The position numbers were made by a program, and so were the translations under genes. A stretch of DNA of 64,000 nt from NCBI GenBank assembly GCA_951406725.2, contig OX597833.1, positions 49,786,001 to 49,850,000 of the forward strand, written 5' to 3'. This stretch comes from Octopus vulgaris. Lineage: Eukaryota. A model generated the notes under the pieces. That model worked only from the letters and a program-made list of their open reading frames with translations, was not told the DNA's origin and did no database searches. Shown one piece after another: positions 40,799-53,792 of the stretch. The first letter of the stretch is position 1, and each line of letters starts with the position of its first letter.

Positions 40799-40915
40799 GG
40801 GGGTAAGTTACCCCATGTGGGGGTAAAATTGAAATTCTTGTTGGGTAATGAAGACTCATGAGACATAAGTAAAATCATATAAAAATGGGGTTCCTTGTTT
40901 TGACAGAAATTTTTG

Positions 40916-41240
40916 AACCACATGGTTCCGGGATCAGTCCCACTGCGTGGCACCTTGGGCAAGTGACCTCTACAATAGCCTCGGATCGACCAAAGCCTTG
41001 TGAGTGGATTTGGTAGACGGAAACTGAAAGAAGCCCGTCGTATATATGTATATATATGTGTGTGTGTGTATATGTTTGTGTGTCTGTGTTTGTCCCCCCA
41101 ACATCGCTTGACAACCGATGCTGGTGTGTTTACGTCCCCGTAACTTAGCGATTCGACAAAAGAGACCGATAGAATAAGTACTAGGCTTACAAAGAATAAG
41201 TCCTGGGGTCGATTTGCTCGACTAAAGGAGGTGCTCTAGC
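40916..41240 (+). mobile_element. SINE family A, 5'-truncated
   Basis: Matches 30554-30955. Confidence 0.85.
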
Positions 41241-42316
41241 CGGGGTTAATCGATTACATCAACATCAGTACATAACTGGTAGTAATTTCATCGCCACAGA
41301 AAGGATGAAAGGCAAAGTCATCATCAGCGGAATTTGAACTCAGAGCGTAAGGACGGACAAACTGTCGCTAAGCATTTTTCCCGGCGTGCTAACGACTCAG
41401 CCAGCTCGACGCCTTATAATCCTATCTCCGGGTATTGGCGTCAAATTTTGGCACAAGGCCAGAAACTTCGGGGAAGTGGGTAAGTCGATTACATGAGCTC
41501 CAGTACTCAACAGATACTTATTTCATCGATTCCAACAAACGAAAGGGAAAGTCATTCCCGGCGGAATTTGAACACAGAACGTAAAGATGGATGAAATGCC
41601 ACTAAGTATTTTGCATGGCGCGCTAATGACTCTGCCAGCTCACTGCCTTTTCTTTTCTACTCTAGGCACAAGGCCCGAAATTTTTGGGGAGGGAGCCAGT
41701 CGATTAGATCAACCCCAGTACGCAGCTGGAACTTAAATTATCCAACCCGAAAGGATGAAAGGCAAATTGGCGGAATTTGAACTCAGAACGCAAGACAGAC
41801 GAAATACCACTACAAATTTCGCCCGGCCTGCTAACGTTTCTGCCAGCTCACCGTCTTACCCTACCTATTTCTTTATTACCCACAAGGGGCTAAACACAGA
41901 GAGGACAAACAAGGACAGACAAACGGATTAAGTCGATTATATCGACCCCAGTGCGTAACTGGTACTTAATTTATCGACCTCGAAAGGATGAAAGGCAAAG
42001 TCGACCTCGGCGGAATTTGAACTCAGAACATAGTGGCAGACGAAATACCTATTTCTTTACTACCCACAAGGGTAGGACAAACAAGGACATACAAAAAGAT
42101 TAAGTCGATTATATACAGTGAGGACAAACAAGGACATACAAAAAGATTAAGTCGATTATATCGACCCCAGTGCGTAACTGGTACTTAATTTATCAACCCC
42201 GAGAGGATGAAAGACAGTCGACCTCGGCGGAATTTGAACTCAGAACGTAACGGCAGACGAAATACGGCTACGCATTTCGCCCGGCATGCTAATGTTTCTG
42301 CTAGCTCACCGCCTTA
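41241..42316 (-). mobile_element. Cluster of about five co-oriented SINE B units of differing divergence and tail type
   Basis: Repeated GAAAGGATGAAAGGCAAAGTCGACCTCGGCGGAATTTGAACTCAG. Confidence 0.85.
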
Positions 42317-43335
42317 CCCTACTACCATATATTGGTATATCCTTTACCATCTTCGAAAGAATGAAAGGTACAGTTGATTTCGATGGGATTTGCGAGTAGA
42401 ACATAATGATCTGGGATAAATACTGCAAAGAGTTTTCTCAAAAATTCTACCACATCTGACAATACACCGCTTTAATGAGGTGGGTTTCGTTAAATTAAAC
42501 AGGAAAGTACGGAAGGAAAAATCTCAATGTAATGTTGATATATTCTGAAGAAAAGCTAAATAACTTCCAGTTGAAATCGAAACTGCACCCAGATATTTTT
42601 GCTGCGGGAAGTATAGTTAATCAATTACAGTATTCTTATTCAACCATTCTGTGATTCTATACGAGGAAGAATAGCAGGGTAGCGTCCTTGTTTTCTCTGC
42701 GGCAACAATTACATATCAAAATTGTGTAGCATTAAGTTTTAGGTTTTTCTCAATTTCTGCTCCACGTCTGGGAATCCCTATAGAGAATAGTTGAATATGC
42801 TGATAATTCCATTCCCCAAAGTTACTAAGTTAAAACCAGCATGATGTTACAACTTATCATAATGTTATACTATAGATTTCTACTTATTTAATTAGAAAAT
42901 TACTACCTGTGACTTCGAATTAATGACCAACCGACCTCCTACTGTGATTTGTTAATTAAAATGACGCCAGTGTGTGCGCGCGACTGTAAGGTGGTGGTAA
43001 TGTTGGTGGTGGTGGTGATGGTAGAGGTGGACACCACATTATTTTCTGTATAGATTATTTTTTCTTTTAATAATGGAGGTACTGAAAGCATCTATTTGTA
43101 TCAGATTTTAACTTAGTTTACTGGAACTAAGTTTAAGAAGTTATATCTTTCCTATGGTATGTGAAGAATGAAGAAGTTTTCAAAATGTTACTCTGTAAGA
43201 AAATGTTTCTAGTGAGCAAAAAGCTAGAGCTACTGTTGGTTTATAATTCGCCATGGAATTAGAAGAAATTCGTCATCGAAACAATTATTCATATCAAGTA
43301 TCTTAACAAATATTTACGTGAACAGGTGAGACAGC

Positions 43336-43396
<61 letters not shown>

Positions 43397-43640
43397 CAAA
43401 AACAATTAAGATTCAAAAGAATTCAAATGAATTCGGTACTTAACTTAGATGCACCACGATTCTTTATGGTATTAACCATAAAATTATGTGGGGTGATTAT
43501 AACCAAGAAAAAAAGCACCGATCCATTCTTGTTGCTTTTTTTCTTGGTTATATATATATATAAATAAGAAAATGGAGGAAGAAATTCATTTCGATCATCA
43601 ACTTACGGATATTACTATTTCATAACCCCTATCTTACTTT

Positions 43641-43693
<53 letters not shown>

Positions 43694-44022
43694 TATATAG
43701 GATAGTGGTACAACAAAGCACCAATATTTACAGGGAAGTAATACTACTGTATTGCACTATTGAATAATTATATGTATATATATTACTAAATGTTTCAACT
43801 ACGTGTACTTAACGCATTACTAATGGTGCGATAAGTACATGTAGTTGAAACATTCAGTAATATTGAACTGTCATTGGATGGAGTTCTCATCGTATTGACC
43901 TTTACGCACTTAATTTCTTATACATACATATGTATATATATATGTATATATATATATATGTATATATATATATGTATGTATATATATATATGTATATATA
44001 TACATATGTATATATATTTGTA

Positions 44023-44096
<74 letters not shown>

Positions 44097-44104
44097 AACA
44101 TATA

Positions 44105-44905
44105 TGTGCTGGCTTGATCCATAAGTATCCAGACTGTTGCCATAGTAACGAAACTAAAGCACTCAAAGTGAAGCCGCTGGGAACGGATTGATTTTAAACT
44201 GTTGCACATGCACACAAAGTTTTAATGTTCTAGCTCGCTTTCGCTGCTTACGGCAGTGCTTGGAAGGAAGGTGTGTAGTGTATGATCGTCTCATTGACTA
44301 TGGGAGATAGAGTTGAACGGAGAATATGCATCAAGTTTTTTCAAAAGCTTGGCGATACAAGCTCAGGGGCCTACGCAATGTTTTCAAAATGTTTTAATCT
44401 CTCTCGACTCAGTCAAAGAGAAGTTGTGCAACTGAAACCCGAGTGTCTTTTTGGTCCGGTGAAAGCAATTTTGGCACAAATGGCGGACATGAGTCTCATG
44501 CCAAAATCTTCAGTGATAATGGACTGAACTGAACCTTAACTAATCTGCACATCCTCTGATAACTCACGGATGTAGATTCGACAATTCCCCTCACAGCTGC
44601 ACGCACATCTGCAATATTTTTTTCTCAGTTCTGCTGGTTGCGGGTCTCCCAGAACGCTCGTCAATATCGATATTTTTCGGCCATCTTGGGAACACCTGAA
44701 CCACTCGGACATCTGTGTACGGCTCATACAATCCTCGCAATACACTGTCTGCAACTTTGCATAGGCCCCTGGGCAGATGTCGGCATGACAACTTTCTCTG
44801 TCATGGTCAATGCGATGATCACACGCTACACACCTTCCTTCCAAGCACTGCTGTAGACAGCAGAAGTTAGCTAAAACGTTAAAACTTTGTACACATGCAC
44901 AGCTA
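44105..44905. mobile_element. Two mariner 5' portions in inverted orientation (foldback-like remnant)
   Basis: Plus strand MGDRVERRICIKFFQKLG (HTH start); minus strand AYAKLQTVY..MSRTQMSEWF..DERSGRP..IRELSEDV; shared GCAGTGCTTGGAAGGAAGGTGTGTAG. Confidence 0.8.
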
Positions 44906-44939
44906 ATTATTATATCTATATCTTTGTATATGTGTGTGT

Positions 44940-45149
44940 GGTGGCACATGTGTTAGTTGTTTTCCGATTAACTCATGATTGTAAGATATTGTGCTTTCGA
45001 TTCCTGGACCGAGCGATGCGCTGGGTTCTTTAGCAAAACTCTTTATTTTGCGCTTCTCTAGTCCAGCTGCCAAATGTGAGTAGTTTTGCGACGCCACAGA
45101 ATCCGGAAAATCGGCCATGTGTTCCTATAGCCTGAGACGGACGCTTAAC

Positions 45150-45150
<1 letters not shown>
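44940..45150 (+). mobile_element. Diverged SINE related to family C
   Basis: tRNA-like head with TTCGATTCC; similar 3' end. Confidence 0.5.
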
Positions 45151-45196
<46 letters not shown>

Positions 45197-45232
45197 TGTG
45201 TGTGCGTGTGTGTATGTATGTATGTATGTATG

Positions 45233-45284
<52 letters not shown>

Positions 45285-45989
45285 CATCTACGTATCATAC
45301 TTAATATATACACACAGTTGATAAACCAGTTGTTGAAGTTTTTGTCCTGAGATAACATCTGTTCCAGACTTGCTGTTTTGAAGCTCATAAAAATAAGAGA
45401 AAGGCGAAAACTCCTCCAAGCAACCTCCAGGAAGCGCCAGAAGCATTTCAGTCAAGTTTATAGTAGTAGACATACAAAGTACTATGCGAATGGACCGAAC
45501 TCAGAGTGACGTGGTTCCAAAGTGAAGTTCTTAACTACATAGCCATGCCCCATTTTAATTCTTTATTGACGCTTATTTACTTCACTTCTCTTCGAGGAAT
45601 GCTTGAACAAACCAAGAAAGTTACATTTTGTTTGTCAGTAAATTTGCAGAGGCGTGCAATAATTGAGTGTTTTATAATTGGTGACGAGGTTTCGCATCAG
45701 CTGCGCCGCATTTGAGAAATTATGAAAACTAAATTTCTGCTAATACCGACTATAATCTTATAATCCTGTTTCTCATTTAGGTACAAGGCCTCCAACCTTG
45801 AGGGCAAGGGCTTTGTCAGTACCATCGATCCCAGATCAGTGCTTAACTGGTACCTTATCTTATTTTATCGATCTCCGAAGGATGAAAGATAAAAAAAGGG
45901 TAAAATTGATGGTAGTCAAAATATGAAGGGGCGAACAAATACTCTAAAGCAGGAGTTTGTCAGTACAATCGACTTCACTCTCTTTTTTC

Positions 45990-46200
45990 TTTCTCTCTTT
46001 TTCTTATTTCAGTCATTTGACTGCGGCCTTGCTGGAGCATGACCGTTAGTCGAGCAAATCGACCCCGGGACTTATTCGTTATAAGCCCCAGTACTTATTC
46101 TATCGGTCTCTTTTGCCGAACCGCTAAGTGACGGGGACGTAAACACACCGGCATCGGTTGTCAAGCAATGCTAGGGGGACAAACACAGACAAACAAACAA

Positions 46201-46259
<59 letters not shown>

Positions 46260-46425
46260 TACGACGGGCTTCTTTCAGTTTCCGTCTACCAAATCCACTC
46301 ACAAGGCTTTGGCCGGCCCGAGGCTATAGTAGGAGACACTTGCCCAAGATGCCACGCAGTGGGACTGAACCCGGAACCATGTGGCTGCTGGTAACCAAGC
46401 TACTTACCACACAGCCACTCCTGCT
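45990..46425 (-). mobile_element. SINE family A, full length
   Basis: Reverse complement of 30554-30955 with (CA)n(TA)n inside. Confidence 0.9.
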
Positions 46426-47280
46426 TGACTTTATTTTATTGGTACCCGAACGATGAAAGGTAAAGTTGACCGCAGCGGGATTTGAGCTCAGAAAATGGAA
46501 AGCGACGAATCAAATGCGGCAAAGGAGTTTTCTGACGCTCTAATGATTTTGCCAGCTCGCTGCACAAAATCTATAACATAATCATATCTGGATGCACGAG
46601 AGAGCACTGTAAATTCGAATTTAAAGTAATATTTTTTTTGTGTGCAGATCAATAATACTGTTAGGTACGGAATCGTGGTTGACTGGGTTGAATTGATTAC
46701 GCAATTAATGACCTTTGCAAATATACAAACACTGCAACCTCGTCTCTTAAACACAGAGGCTTTGTGTCTGGTCGAAATAAATCAATATTTATATACATAT
46801 ATGTTTATGGTTTTCTTCAACGCAAGATGTTTCTTTTAGCAGGTTTCACCGAGTGATTCTAACTCTATATCTTTTTACTTATTTTCATCGATTCTTAACA
46901 CTGTGTTATCATTGAATTTTGACATTGTATTAACTATATATTTCTGCCTATTCTCCAGCCCCGGCAACACGTACATAATTGGCAAATATGGTAAGGTGAT
47001 GCAAAAATTACTGGCAAAACTGAGTCTATACTCAAGTTCTAATTCTTCTTAGTTATCATTTCATAAATGTATATTCTGAAAGTCTTCTAATTACTACTGT
47101 TTTGATTGATCCGAGTTTTTATTTCACATACACGGACGAATAATCTTTGATTTTAAAAATTAAAAAAAACAACATATTTTATGCATGTTTTGTTGTCGTT
47201 TCGTTCTTGGCAAAGTCTGACCGTCTGGATCTACAGTCAAAATAATATTAGACGTTATACAATCAAAATGATAACACGAT

Positions 47281-47797
47281 TCTTTACTGCCCACAAGGGG
47301 CTAAACACAGAGAGGACAAACAAGGACAGGCACAGATATTAAGTCGATTACATCGACCCCAGTGTGTAACTGGTACTTATTTAATCGACCCCGAAAGGAT
47401 GTAAGGCAAAGTCGACCTCGGCGGAATTTGAACTCAGAACGTAACGGCAGACGAAATACGATTACGCATTTCGGCCGGCGTGCTAACGTTTCTGCCAGCT
47501 CGCCGCCTTAAACTGTTGTCGATTCATTCGACTAAAAGTTCTTCAAGGACCTACTTCGGCATGGCCGCAAGATATAAATACTGGTGTCGATTATATTTCT
47601 TTACTACCCACAAGGGGCTAAACACAGTGGGGACAAACAAGGACAGACAGACGGATTAAGTCGATTACATCGACCCCAGTGCGCAACTGGTACTTAATTT
47701 ATCGACCCCGAAAGGATGAAAGGCAAAGTCGACCTCGGCGGAATTTGAACTCAGAACGTAGCGGCAGACGAAATACGGTTACGCATTTCGGCCGGCA
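47281..47797 (-). mobile_element. Two SINE B copies 317 bp apart with a SINE-A-derived spacer (permuted copy of 60150-60466)
   Basis: See the finding at the same coordinates. Confidence 0.85.
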
Positions 47798-47937
47798 TTA
47801 TTAGACATGATATTAGACATTATACCATAATCGTTTTGACGTTGCTGATTCGACACGATTATTTTACCAGACGTGTTAACGTTTCTCTCGTTTTATCCCA
47901 CCTTTTTGTGTCTGTTTGCCTGTGTGTCTGTCTGTCA

Positions 47938-47990
<53 letters not shown>

Positions 47991-48657
47991 AGACACTCAA
48001 TCTCTCTATCTCTTTCACACACACACGCATTCTCTGTTTATGCTTGTGAGCATATTTCTCTATCTCTGTGAGGAGAGGAAAAGTATTTATGTCAAATGTA
48101 TTGAATTGATAAATTGCAAAATTTCTCTCTCCCTCTCTCTCTCACACTGTTTCAATCTATATGCATATATTCCTCCTCGAGCGCGCGCTTGTGTGTCTTG
48201 CTTCTGGCGCCAAAATACACTGTCTCCAAAGCAGGTTGAATGCCAAATCGCCAGTTCCCAATAGACTTGTTCTGCAAAGAAGCATATAAAAGACTACCTT
48301 AATCACAATGGTTTATTTAGGTACATACATGTTTACGGCATTCTTTAACACATTTTATAGATGCTTCTTTTAGCAGGCTTAACTAAGTAAATCTACGCGA
48401 AAGCATATCATTTTGCTTTTTGCTTATTTTCTCAGTTTTAAGAAGTGCACCATCATTGAAATTTGAATTTATTTTATTATCTTTAACTTTGGGTCTACAA
48501 CCGCCCCACCTGATGCACATCGTTTTGTAAAACGACTTCGTTGCCTTCATGCTTTTTAATACGGTGGATTGACATTAGAAGGAATATTTAGCTGCTATTT
48601 CAAGCAGCTCAAGTAATTACTGGTGGTATTAATTAATGAATTAATAGTCCTACCGAG

Positions 48658-49063
48658 GGATCTTTTCGGTTTGAACGGCAGTATTTTCTAGTGGTGTCAT
48701 ATGAAATTGTCACCCATATTTATTACCCTAGTATCGATCTATTGCATTTCAATCTGTTTTAGGGTTAGGGTTAGTTAGGGTTAGGGTTAGTTAGGGTTAG
48801 GGTTAGTTAGGGTTAGGGTTAGGTTAGGGGTGGGGGAAGGCTATCTTTTTTTCTTCACAAATGTAAATAAACCCAATCTGCTTCTTAAACGAGGGACATA
48901 TTCATACGGCACAGAATGTTGTTTACCTCAATGGACGTCATTGATTGGTTGAAATTGCAGAAAAAGAACAACAAATATCTTACAAACTATAGTATACGAA
49001 GTTTAAAATGTTTTAGTTACCTAGAAATTATGTTAAAAACTGCCGTTCAAACCGAAAAGATCC
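48658..49063. mobile_element. MITE with GGATC termini and 8-bp TSD (Merlin-like), internal TTAGGG tract
   Basis: TIR GGATCTTTTCGGTTTGAACGGCAGT / ACTGCCGTTCAAACCGAAAAGATCC; TSD CTACCGAG/CTACCGTG. Confidence 0.85.
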
Positions 49064-49704
49064 CTACCGTGTTGAAATATTAGGTTTAGGTTTAGGAATA
49101 GATATAGCATCACCGATGAAAAGTAGATGGAATGTTGCGAGGTTACAAAACTTTTCTCAAGACCACTAAAAGCGTAAAGGAAACAGCAACAAGGAATCGA
49201 AACATGAACACGGAGTCGGTTCACCTGGAAATATCCCTCCACTGACCAATGCTTACCAATTCTGTATCATTAAAGAACACTCTAGTGTAATAGAAACCTG
49301 TAAAGACATTTATTAATGGTCGTTTAGTCATTTATTCCTCGTAATATTAAATGTACTGACATGTACTTTAGTAGCTGAGGTTTGTAATGTTAGACAGTAC
49401 GCTGAAGTCATACCGGTTATTGATTTTTCCTGGTGAGAGACTGAGAAATCGATGTTAATAACACTGCTTCGTTGCTTCTTAAAATTGTTTTTAATACATT
49501 CTATTTTCGTGTGTGAGATTTGCACTTGGCACTGTAAATAACTAATCAGCTTCTGTTAATAGATAAGTGCTTGTCCACCGAATCTCTTTTTAGTCTTACC
49601 TGATACGATCATCTTTATAAGGGGCCCGTGATTATAACATGGACTACGGACCGTTGTTATTTATTCTGATTTCAATATTTGATTAACATCTAGAAAAGCA
49701 TAGG

Positions 49705-50290
49705 AGTAGGCATGGCTGTGTTGTAAGCAGCTTGCTTCCCAACCACATGGTTTCAGGTTCAGTCCCACCGCATGGCACCTTGGGCAAGTATCTTCTACTA
49801 TGGTTTCGGACCAACAAAAGCCTTGTGAGTGGATTTAGTTGACGCAAACTAAAAGAAGCCCGTCGTATATATGTATATATATGCATGTGTGTGTGTATAT
49901 TTTTGTGTGTCTGTGTTTGTCCCCCCAAAATCGCTTAACAACCGATGCTGGTGTGTTTATGTTCCCGTAACTTAGCGGTTCGGTAAAAGAAACCGATAGA
50001 ATAAGTACTAGGTTTACAAACAATAAGTCCTGGGGTCGATTTGTTCGACTTAAGGGGGTGCTCCAGCATGGCCGCACTCAAATATGTGTGTATGTGTCAT
50101 CGTGTTACTGTTTGTCCGCCACCCACCGTTTGATAAGCGGTGTTGACCTGTTTAAGTCCCCGTAACTTAGCGGTTCGGCAAAAAGATACCGATAGAATAA
50201 GTACCAGGCTTAAAAAATAAGTCCTGGCGTCCATTTGTTCGCCTAAAATCCTTCAAAGCCGCAGTCAAATGTCTGAAACAAGTAAAAGAT
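49705..50290 (+). mobile_element. SINE family A with a second 3' half
   Basis: Head ~49705; 3' region at 49900-50080 and again at 50085-50290. Confidence 0.8.
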
Positions 50291-50982
50291 AACTCAAAGT
50301 CGCATTACAAGCGAGTTAGATGATTTTATTTTGTGATTTTTACATGAGACAATTCAACATCAGTCACGTGATACAAACTCCCGATTATCTTACAATTCAA
50401 AACATCGTATCAAAGAGGTTCTCTTTTTATAGTTAATACCTGAGGATTGGTGCTCCATACAAGAATACTGTGGCAGAGGGGGATTTAAACCCTCATTTTC
50501 CGTAATATCGTTTCTGATGAAGGTCCAAGGCAAGAAATTTTTAAGGGAGAGTGAATACTCGATAACAGTATTTTAAGGGAGAGTGAATACTCGATAACAA
50601 TATTCGAGTGGTACGTAATTTTACCCCAGTATTCGAGTGGTACGTAATTTTATCGACCCGAAAGGATAAAAGGCAAAGTTGAACACGAATGATTTTGCCA
50701 GCTCATTCTCACTGTCAGCCCTTAAAATACAAGCTTCTAAAAGTTGTCCAGGGCTCGTTCGAGATTTTCAGACTTGGTCTTTTGGTTGAAGAAACAACAG
50801 TGGGAGCTAAAATCGAGCTCAGTGTTTGATCAAGGTTTGGTTTGATCAACACCGGCAGGAAGAACATCAGAGCAAATCTCGACAGGATTTGAAACCCATC
50901 CGGCATTTTCACGTTGTTACCTCGAACAATAAGAAAACAGGCAAAACCTTGTTGTTCCAGATTTCTGTTATATGGAATCGTC

Positions 50983-51369
50983 GGATCTTTTCCTTTTCAT
51001 GGGCAGCTCGATTAATTGATTTTCTTGAACTAAGCACTTTGAACTTCGTATACTGGTAGAATGTGTCATATAAAACATCTTTTACTCTCAGCATTGTTGA
51101 GAAAAGTTTATATAACCGAAATATACACCGCCGGAAGTTATTGTTGACAAACGACAGCAGTAATTTTATTCAGTTGAATACACGTCATTGGTTGGTTGAA
51201 ATTACCGAAACACGACAATTTTAACACGAAATAACATCGTAAATAAAAACTTTTCTCAAAAACGCTAAGAGTAAAAGATGTTCCTTATGACACATTCTAC
51301 CAGTATCCGAAGTTTCAAAGTGTTTAGTTTAAGAAAATTAATTAATCGAGCTGTTCATTTAAAAGATCC
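50983..51369. mobile_element. Related MITE with long (~130-bp) diverged inverted arms
   Basis: GGATCTTTT..AAAAGATCC; TSD GAATCGTC/AAGTCGTC; TACTGGTAGAATGTGT shared with 63038-63481. Confidence 0.75.
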
Positions 51370-51459
51370 AAGTCGTCTAAAGAAAATATTTGAAATCTCA
51401 AGATGAACTCCAGCAATACACTCAGAATTATATGGTAGAACTAAATAAGATGATTTCAA

Positions 51460-51667
51460 ATTTTGGCACAAGGCCAGCAATTTCGGGGGAGTTGGGTAAG
51501 TCGATTACATCAACCCCAGGTACTCAACTGGTACTCATTTTATCGACTCCGAAAGGATGAAAGGCAAAGTCGACCTCAGCGGAATTCGAACTCAGATCGT
51601 GAAGACGGACGAAATGCCGCTAAGCATTTCTCCCGGCGTGCTTACGATTCTCTCAGCTCGCCGTCTT
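51460..51667 (-). mobile_element. SINE family B (older, tail-2-like)
   Basis: Body homology. Confidence 0.75.
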
Positions 51668-51949
51668 GGTATGGCTAAATAATATTGAATAACAAAACAA
51701 AAAAAAAAAAAGAAACAAAACAAAAAAAAACACTGTGTCCGCCACGTCCAAGTATTACATTTTAATAGTGTATGAATGCCTTAGATTCTTATCACTGAAT
51801 TATCACATTTCCTTTAAAAATAAAACTGGTTCAGACATTTGAGACGAAGGAGCTTTACCTACTTCCTCGATCGAATTTCCACTATTTACTGCACATAAAC
51901 CTCCATTTTGTTTCACATTTAATCCCTCATATTGTGATCATATTATATA

Positions 51950-52180
51950 TGTTTCTTTACTAGCCACAAGGGGCTAAACATAGAGGGGACAAACAAGGAC
52001 AGACAAACGGATTAGGTCGATTACATCGGCCCCAGTGCGTAACTGGTACTTAATTTATCGACCCCGAAAGAATGAAAGGCAAAGTCGACCTCGGCGGAAT
52101 TTGAACTCAGAACGTAGCGACGGGCGAAATACCGCGAAGCACTTCGCCCGGCGTGCTAGCGTCTCTGCCAGCTCGCCGCC
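51950..52180 (-). mobile_element. SINE family B monomer with 18-bp TSD
   Basis: TTGTGATCATATTATATA at 51932-51949 and 52181-52198. Confidence 0.92.
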
Positions 52181-53369
52181 TTGTGATCATATTATATAAG
52201 ACCCTCTCTCTGGCTCTGTCTCTCCGTCCCTATCTATCTCTCTCTCACAAATTTCAAATCCCTTGTATATGCTTTCAGTTCGTATGTTACGTCCAATCAT
52301 AAAAAATGTTCCATTTCAAACTGTAGTAATAATCTCGATGGCTTTTCAAATCCCAGACGACGATATCAAACGTTAAACAACGTTGATTCCAGATGACATG
52401 GAAACGTTCATAAATAACCTTATCTAAATCAATTAAATTACTGAAATACGTTTTGCCTTATTATTGGTCGGATAGTATTAAATGACCTTTACTACATTGT
52501 GTTTTTTTTTTTTTTGTTTTTGTAATTTTTTTAAATTTTATTGTTAAAATACATACTGAACGTTATTTATCTGGGTTGATATTAAATACCTCGGATGACG
52601 CCCAATATAAACTTCCCATGGGATTGCGACTGAAAGAGAAGTAAAGGTTACTGTGCATAACAGAATAGCGGTGCATTATAATCCTTGTCATTTAAAGGAT
52701 TGTATATTTCTGACTTTGACGCAAGATCTCAAATAAGAAGGGTGGAAATAAGATTACGTGAATTTCAGCTTCTGAAAGTAGATTAAGTAAATAAAAAAAA
52801 AATCTGAAAAACTCGGAAAAACTGCGAACCAAAATAAAATCGAAGATTGAAATTGTCCGTAATTTATATCGAATAATCATTTAAGAGATGAAAAATATAG
52901 TATAGGTGTTATGTCCATAAAATCCATAATGTATTAATGATGAAAATGAAGTGAAATGGCTTTGATTCAGAATCGAGGTAGAATCACAAGTTTAACCTAC
53001 TGTCCGCCGACATTTTGTACACAAATATGTCTAACCATGATTGATTAGATGCCTTGCAAACAACTTGCACATGCAAGTGCTACCAGTCGAGAACTCCGCA
53101 TACCGGAAGCCAGCAAGTGTATGGAGTCATCAGAAGAGAATGCGCGCCGTTTCGGGGACTATCTCTCGGCGACATCAATGCGCACCGGCTCCCCTCACTG
53201 ATATGAGGCCCCGCTCGCTAGACCAACTGGTGATTAAATAAAGCTCACTATTTCTCTAGACATTGCTCATCGTCTCTTTTTAACCAATTCCAGTGGTTAG
53301 CCTTCTTCACTGTAGCTTGGATATCGGTCATGGTGGTATTGACTTTACGATGAGTTAGGCTTACATCGG

Positions 53370-53792
53370 TTTCAAATTTTGGCCAATTTCGAGGAAGGAA
53401 CTAAGTCGATTACATTGACCCCGCTTCTAAACTGTTACTTATTTTATCGACTCCGAAAGGATGAAAGATAAAGTCGACTTCAGCAGAAATTGAACTCAGA
53501 ACATAAAGGCGAATGAAATGCCGCTAAACATTTTGCCCGGCGTGCTAACGATTCCGCCATATTCGCCGCCTTAATTATTGCTTGTTTTAATATTATTTTG
53601 TTTAAGCATATTCTTTCGGGGAAATTCGATTACGTCGACCCAGCACTTAACTAGCACTTTACTTTATCGATCCCGACTGGATGAAAGGCAAAGCTGACCC
53701 CAGTACAATTTGAACTTAAATCATAAAGAGCTAGAAAAAAATGTAGCAAAGCACTTTGTCCGAGGCGCTAATGATTCTGCCAAATCGCCGCC
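53370..53792 (-). mobile_element. Two diverged SINE B copies
   Basis: Degenerate body homology. Confidence 0.65.

Noticed and set aside
48758-48815. Possible true telomere or fusion scar
   Set aside because: Short tract internal to a TIR-bounded element with a second copy at 63038-63481
50436-50530. CTGAGGA..CAAGAAT and CTGATGAAGG cores
   Set aside because: GAAA, cleavage site or helix I is missing; the second is truncated by a SINE remnant
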